From the NCBI GenBank assembly GCA_052168235.1, contig JBQLZK010000002.1:265456-329455 (forward strand): a stretch of 64,000 nucleotides of DNA. The letters are read 5' to 3'. Of the stretch, positions 59,732 through 64,000 are shown piece after piece. Made by a program: the position numbers and the translations under genes. Under the pieces are notes generated by a model. The model was not told the DNA's origin and did not search any database. It worked only from the letters and a program-made list of their open reading frames with translations. The DNA comes from Thainema sp. (GTDB lineage Bacteria; Cyanobacteriota; Cyanobacteriia; Phormidesmidales; Phormidesmidaceae). Numbering within the stretch: the stretch's first letter is position 1; each line of letters begins with the position of its first letter.

Positions 59732-61426
59732 TTAATCTGTTGGCGGCGGCAGTTCGTCCAGAATGGTGAAGCGGACGTGATTGATTGCTAGCTCGCCGAT
59801 TTTGATGCCCAGCTCCTCAATTCCGGGCACTCGGATTTTCTCAAAGGGCACGTCCCGACTCATTTCGATGTGGTACCAAGGCAGCGCCATGAAGAATCGC
59901 GTCGGGTAGGGGCCGCCCTCCTGAATATCATCGACGTTTGATTCCATTGGCACCCAACCATAGCCAGGGATAAAAAACTCAATCCACACGTGGTTGAAAT
60001 CGGGCTGGAGCGGCACGCCGCGTCGATCGGGAGGTGGAGGGCACTTATAGCGGCCAACGGTGCGGCAGGCAATGCCGTTCAGCCGCATCAGCGCTAGTAA
60101 AAGACCGACGTACTCGCCACAGGAACCTGTGCCTCGGCGCAGCACCACGTCAGGTGTGTCAATGTGGGGCTTGATACCGTAGGAAAGCTTGTCGTAGACA
60201 TAGTCGCGAATGCTGAGCACCTGGCGCAGCAGGTTGGTTTCCGAGCCAATTGCATCACGGGCGGCATCGCGAATAATTGCCTCATCCATTGACAGCTCGT
60301 CGTCATCGACCAAGTAATTGGCCTGATACTCACTGGATAGCGGGGGATGCCGCTCGACATCGCTGGGCAATAGCTGGTAGCGAATGCCGCGCACCTCTAG
60401 CAGTGCCCGCCAGCCAAATAGTCCGGCCCGAGGCGTATGAAGCTGGTCGAATTTGAACAGGGCAACGCGCTGTCCATCCACCGTTTCTTCGGTGTAGGGC
60501 ATCCCCACAGGTTCAACCCACCGCACCCGCTGCCGATCAGAGTTCATCGGCATGGCGATTCGCCACTCTAAGTTGTCCAGTTTTACCTCATCCAAAGCGG
60601 ACAGCTCCTCCACATAGGTCATCTCAATCAGATAGCCGTTGGAGAGGGTGTGGTTTTTGGCGGGGTCGTAGTTGAAATGCAGCGGATAGATAAAAGTGCG
60701 ATCGCGGAAGGCCAGTTCTAATGTTTGTCCTCGCAGATTGGGATTGTCGCGAATATAGGGTTCTTCTCCGGCATGGGCAATGTAGAACGTACCCTGATTG
60801 CCCGTAAACCCGGCTGGAATGGCGATACCCGTGGGATTGTCGTAGGGCGTCATGATCGTGAAGCGAATATCTCCGGTTGCCCGATCCAAACAGTAAACCG
60901 TTTGCTCGGTGCGATCGCAGACCCAGAGATCTTCGTTGGAGATCGCCAGATTTTCTTCACCGATGCCGGGAGCGGGAATTTGGGTGATCCGCTGACCATT
61001 CTCGCGGTTGAAAATAATGATGTAGCCGATGCGCTGACAGGCGACGTATACCGTTGCATCCCAGACTGCCACGCCTTCGAGGGGATAGGGCATGGTGACA
61101 AAGGGTTCCGGCTTTAGATCGGGAAAGGTGCAGCGATAAATAGTGCGATCGCTGGTAAACCAAACTTCGTTTTCCCAGACCGATAACCCAGTCGCGCCAA
61201 CCCATTCATGGGCCGTATGTTCGTTGAGAATTTTTGTATTGTCCGTTGCGCGATCAATTTCAAACAAATAACCGTGAACCGAATCAACGGCGATCAGCTT
61301 GTCCCCGACCCAGGCAATACCGTGCAGTGCATAAGCACCAATCGGTCGAATGGTGCGACAGGTAATATCATCCTCAACAGTTGACTGGGGGGACGATGTC
61401 AAAGATGGATCGGAATTGGTCAACAT
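59732..61426 (-). CDS. Transglutaminase-like domain protein with N-terminal beta-propeller-like region
   Basis: RGTGSCGEY (Cys), FNHVWIEF (His), GWVPME. Confidence 0.85.
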   Translation of the reverse strand: MLTNSDPSLTSSPQSTVEDDITCRTIRPIGAYALHGIAWVGDKLIAVDSVHGYLFEIDRATDNTKILNEHTAHEWVGATGLSVWENEVWFTSDRTIYRCTFPDLKPEPFVTMPYPLEGVAVWDATVYVACQRIGYIIIFNRENGQRITQIPAPGIGEENLAISNEDLWVCDRTEQTVYCLDRATGDIRFTIMTPYDNPTGIAIPAGFTGNQGTFYIAHAGEEPYIRDNPNLRGQTLELAFRDRTFIYPLHFNYDPAKNHTLSNGYLIEMTYVEELSALDEVKLDNLEWRIAMPMNSDRQRVRWVEPVGMPYTEETVDGQRVALFKFDQLHTPRAGLFGWRALLEVRGIRYQLLPSDVERHPPLSSEYQANYLVDDDELSMDEAIIRDAARDAIGSETNLLRQVLSIRDYVYDKLSYGIKPHIDTPDVVLRRGTGSCGEYVGLLLALMRLNGIACRTVGRYKCPPPPDRRGVPLQPDFNHVWIEFFIPGYGWVPMESNVDDIQEGGPYPTRFFMALPWYHIEMSRDVPFEKIRVPGIEELGIKIGELAINHVRFTILDELPPPTD

Positions 61427-61539
61427 AAAGCCAGCAGCGCGTCAAAAGCATCATCTCATCATAATCAAAAGTGCTTTCTTGCCAATGTGCAAGAGCAACA
61501 TTCTCTGAGCATGACACGCTTGGGCTGAAATACGCATCT

Positions 61540-62448
61540 CTACGGAATTGGAGTTGTCTCTAGCAAGCGGCTGACAATTGCCGACGATCGCTGCCCTCCT
61601 GTAGGTATCATGCGGTGACTGAGTACCGGATGAGCCAATCGTTTGACATCATCGGGCAGGGCGTAGTCTCGATTTTCCAGAAAAGCCAATGCTTGAGCGG
61701 TTCGGTAGAGGGCAACGCTACCGCGTGGACTGACACCTAGCGTCACCGCTTCATCGACGCGGCTGGCGCGAATCAGATCCAAAATGTACTGCTGAAGCGA
61801 TGTTTCGACTTTGACCTGAGCGCACTGCTGACGGAGTGCCGTAATTTCTTCTAGTGAAATACAGGGCTTTAGTTCCATCGGCGTAATATTGCCCTGAAGC
61901 TGCTGAAGCATCTGCAATTCTTCCGCTTCACTGGGATAGCCCAGGGAGAGCGAGAGGGCAAAGCGATCCATCTGCGCTTCGGGTAATGGGAAGGTGCCCT
62001 GATATTCCACGGGATTTTGCGTGGCAATCACGAAAAAGGGAGCGGGTACACGGCGGGATTGACCGTCTGTTGTCACCTGTTGCTCTTCCATCACTTCGAG
62101 CAGGGCTGACTGAGTACGAGGCGTGGCCCGGTTAATTTCATCCGCCAGCAGCACATTGGCAAACACTGGCCCTGGCATAAACTGAAATTCACCTGATTGG
62201 GGATTCCAGATGTTAGTCCCTGTAATATCGCTGGGTAGCAGGTCAGGCGTACACTGCACCCGCTGAAACTTACCGTCAATAGAGCGCGCTAGAGATTTAG
62301 CCAGTAGCGTTTTGCCAACGCCAGGGACATCTTCTAGCAGCACATGGCCGCCCGCTAAAATCGCCACGAGGACGAGCCGAATCGCTTCCTCTTTTCCCAC
62401 AACGGTTTGGTGCAAGTTCGCGATTAGCTGCTCAACTCGATCTCTCAT
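61540..62448 (-). CDS. MoxR-family AAA+ ATPase
   Basis: EDVPGVGKT, QCTPDLLPSD, LADEINRA, ATQNPVEYQGTFPLPEAQMDRF. Confidence 0.95.
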   Translation of the reverse strand: MRDRVEQLIANLHQTVVGKEEAIRLVLVAILAGGHVLLEDVPGVGKTLLAKSLARSIDGKFQRVQCTPDLLPSDITGTNIWNPQSGEFQFMPGPVFANVLLADEINRATPRTQSALLEVMEEQQVTTDGQSRRVPAPFFVIATQNPVEYQGTFPLPEAQMDRFALSLSLGYPSEAEELQMLQQLQGNITPMELKPCISLEEITALRQQCAQVKVETSLQQYILDLIRASRVDEAVTLGVSPRGSVALYRTAQALAFLENRDYALPDDVKRLAHPVLSHRMIPTGGQRSSAIVSRLLETTPIP

Positions 62449-62501
62449 GACGCACGTTCCAATCAGTTTCAAAGGGGCTTTGCAAATGGGACTGCCTTAG
62501 T

Positions 62502-63677
62502 CTACCCATCTAATTTGCGATCGCGCACAGGCAGCCCATCTCTGGCCCGCTGGCAATCCTGCTGAATTTGCTGCTTGAGAGCATCCAGAGAAGCAAATTT
62601 CTGCTCAGACCGCAGGAATTGCTCTAGGCTCACCGTCAGTGTCTGATCGTACAAATTGCCTGACCAGTCCAGCAGGTGCACCTCAATCGTGCGCTGAATG
62701 CCCTGGACAGTGGGCCGATGGCCGATATTCATCACCCCTGGAATGGGACTAATTTGGTGGTGATCCAGTTCCAGATACACTTGAGTGCTGTAAACCCCAT
62801 CGCGGGGCAGGAATTTCTCGGATGGTAATTTTAAATTAGCGGTCGGAAAACCAATCGTACGACCAAGCTGCTGGCCTTTGACGACGCGACCTGTCAGGGT
62901 ATAAGGACGGCCCAGTAAACGGTTGGCTCGCTCAAGCTGTCCCGCCTGTAAAGCCTGGCGGATGGCAGAACTGCTAATCCGCTCATGCTCTTCTAATTGC
63001 AGCGGCACGGTATGAACGTCCACGCCCAGCGCAGTAGCAAACTCAACCAAATCAGCCACCTGTCCAGCACGGCGATGGCCAAATCGAAAATCCATGCCTA
63101 CGCTAATTCGCTGCGCCCGTAGTCGTCGCACCAGAATCTCTTCCACAAACGCACGCGGGCTGAGATTAGCCAGTTCCTGATTAAACGGCAGCAGCACAAG
63201 CTGCTCAATCCCCATTGACTGGAGCTGTAGTGCTTTTTCCCGCAGGGGCGTCAGTAACGCACGGGACTTGCCTGTAAAAAATTCTTGCGGATGGGGAAAA
63301 AACGTCACCACAGTTGCGATCGCATTTCCCGGATTTACCGCATTCGCCACCTCAGAGTGAGTCGGAGAGTGAACCGGATTTTGATCAAGCGTTGAGGCGC
63401 AAGTCCGCGTTGACGAAGGCTGATCGGTGCCATTTGCCACCCACTCTAATTCTTCACTCCATTCCATACCGTCCGAAAAGCTGTAGCGTGGTCGTTCCCA
63501 GCTCGACAGGCACTGGAGCGGCTGCCGATGGGAGTCAGGCACGACAATGGGTGGTTTTGCTGGGACTAGCAAAACCGGCTCGATCACTCGTCGATGACCG
63601 CAGTGAACGCCGTCAAAGTTGCCGAGTGCGATCGCAGTTGGAGTTTTAACCGTTTGGAGAGAAGATGTTACCCACAC
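62502..63677 (-). CDS. ribF: Bifunctional riboflavin kinase/FAD synthetase
   Basis: ALGNFDGVH, ISSSAIR, GRTIGFPTAN, NIGHRPTV, EVHLLD. Confidence 0.95.
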   Translation of the reverse strand: MWVTSSLQTVKTPTAIALGNFDGVHCGHRRVIEPVLLVPAKPPIVVPDSHRQPLQCLSSWERPRYSFSDGMEWSEELEWVANGTDQPSSTRTCASTLDQNPVHSPTHSEVANAVNPGNAIATVVTFFPHPQEFFTGKSRALLTPLREKALQLQSMGIEQLVLLPFNQELANLSPRAFVEEILVRRLRAQRISVGMDFRFGHRRAGQVADLVEFATALGVDVHTVPLQLEEHERISSSAIRQALQAGQLERANRLLGRPYTLTGRVVKGQQLGRTIGFPTANLKLPSEKFLPRDGVYSTQVYLELDHHQISPIPGVMNIGHRPTVQGIQRTIEVHLLDWSGNLYDQTLTVSLEQFLRSEQKFASLDALKQQIQQDCQRARDGLPVRDRKLDG

Positions 63678-63791
63678 GCTTTACATTTTGACACAATTCG
63701 CCGCGATCGCGTCTTTCGCTTTCGCATCAACTCGGCCTGGCTAGTTCTTGTAGGTAGCCTCATCGGCCCCGCTTTACCGTTTCTGCGACCG

Positions 63792-63863
63792 CTACTGTTT
63801 ATACATAAGTCTCCTAGGCTTCGTTTCGGCGTTGAGATCCCCCCTAGCCCCCCTTAAAAAGGG
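63792..63863. mobile_element. Second, interrupted copy of the 43363 MITE
   Basis: CTACTGTTTATACATAAGTCTCCTAGGCTTCGTTTCGGCGTTGAGATCCCCCC...TTAAAAAGGG; homology ends abruptly at CAGGGCTG (63864). Confidence 0.75.
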
Positions 63864-64000
63864 CAGGGCTGATTTATTGATGAGAGAAAAAAGATAATGA
63901 GATAGGTAACCATTCTTGCACAACAACTAAACCATGAGCCTCATCACTGGAGTTTAGACTAAAGAGCGAAAGAAAATCGCGGTCGTGCTAGGCACGAACC

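Noticed and set aside
1..64000. Abundant GCGATCGC as a special signal; tRNA or rRNA genes
   Set aside because: GCGATCGC is the well-known HIP1 repeat. No tRNA- or rRNA-like sequence was recognised.

Overview
Cyanobacterial chromosomal segment, judged from the dense HIP1 octamer GCGATCGC, kaiABC, cruA and a Ycf66-family gene. Core content: a MacAB-like efflux operon, an AapJQMP/NatFGH-BgtA amino-acid ABC operon, the kaiABC clock cluster with a divergent hybrid histidine kinase, msrB, aroE, purU, cruA, ribF, a MoxR ATPase, a transglutaminase-domain gene and two Ser/Thr kinase-CHASE2 genes. The most notable locus is about 26.1-34.5 kb. It is a TerY-P-like triad (PP2C-like phosphatase, YegI-like kinase, vWA protein) interleaved with an ADP-ribosylglycohydrolase and a nicotinamidase-like hydrolase. 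Its sigma70-type promoter overlaps two tandem GT-N7-AC (NrtR-like) palindromes, and an AT-richer insert (glycine-zipper peptides plus an HNH gene pair) splits it. Also present: a CHAT-FHA protease with a possible PatU-like partner, a candidate NtcA promoter downstream of kaiC, small ORFs missed by the ORF track, and many miniature mobile or REP-like elements, including nested ones. All product calls come from motif recognition by eye; no database searches were run.
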